From positions 544,001 through 608,000 of the forward strand of contig OZ241883.1 of assembly GCA_965203445.1 (NCBI GenBank): a stretch of 64,000 nucleotides of DNA, read 5' to 3'. Within the stretch, counting starts at the first letter, position 1. The text below holds more notes on this DNA, generated by a model that was not told where the DNA came from, made no database searches, and worked only from the letters and a program-made list of their open reading frames with translations. The stretch comes from Candidatus Oxydemutator sp. (GTDB lineage: Bacteria; Pseudomonadota; Gammaproteobacteria; Poriferisulfidales; Oxydemutatoraceae). The letters are not shown here.

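Noticed and set aside
25327-63523. Many long plus-strand ORFs (up to 1380 aa) and short alternate-frame ORFs over the giant gene
   Set aside because: Antisense or shadow frames caused by high GC and biased codon use; Arg/His/Ala-rich translations that repeat with the module period and show no protein motifs.
63955-63957. ATG 63957 as the start of the giant protein
   Set aside because: The frame stays open to the window edge and the upstream codons match an internal module, so this Met is internal.
26420-64000. Diversity-generating retroelement as the source of loop variation
   Set aside because: No reverse transcriptase or template repeat in the window; differences include indels and non-adenine changes (e.g. 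TCT/TAT/GCT for S/Y/A).

Overview
High-GC proteobacterial (probably gammaproteobacterial) chromosomal segment in three parts. (1) 1-12.4 kb: glyQ and the start of glyS on the minus strand, divergent from a tightly coupled ~13-gene type IV pilus-like operon. The operon encodes a PilL/TcpQ-like protein, a lipoprotein secretin, alignment proteins, a PilP-like protein, a PilB/GspE ATPase, three prepilins (one PilV-like), a PilC/GspF platform protein, a lytic transglycosylase and two unknowns. Its content resembles plasmid/ICE thin-pilus loci, but no mobility genes are visible. (2) 12.4-25.1 kb: housekeeping and envelope genes: selU and selD head-to-head, a lipoprotein, an SMP-30-family protein, nadA, a TorF-like porin with a sigma-54 promoter, ctpA, ampG, xth and an RND permease with no adjacent adaptor. 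(3) 25.2-64 kb: one uninterrupted minus-strand ORF of >12,900 aa whose 5' end lies beyond the window. It holds 27 tandem ~1.4-kb (~468 aa) modules, each a Cys-containing cap plus a GLUG-type glycine-rich domain plus a Calx-beta-like domain, and ends in a unique C-terminal domain with a dockerin-like pair of Ca-binding loops. The modules share a conserved scaffold, while discrete variable loops are reassorted between copies. All family assignments come from motif recognition by eye; no database searches were run.
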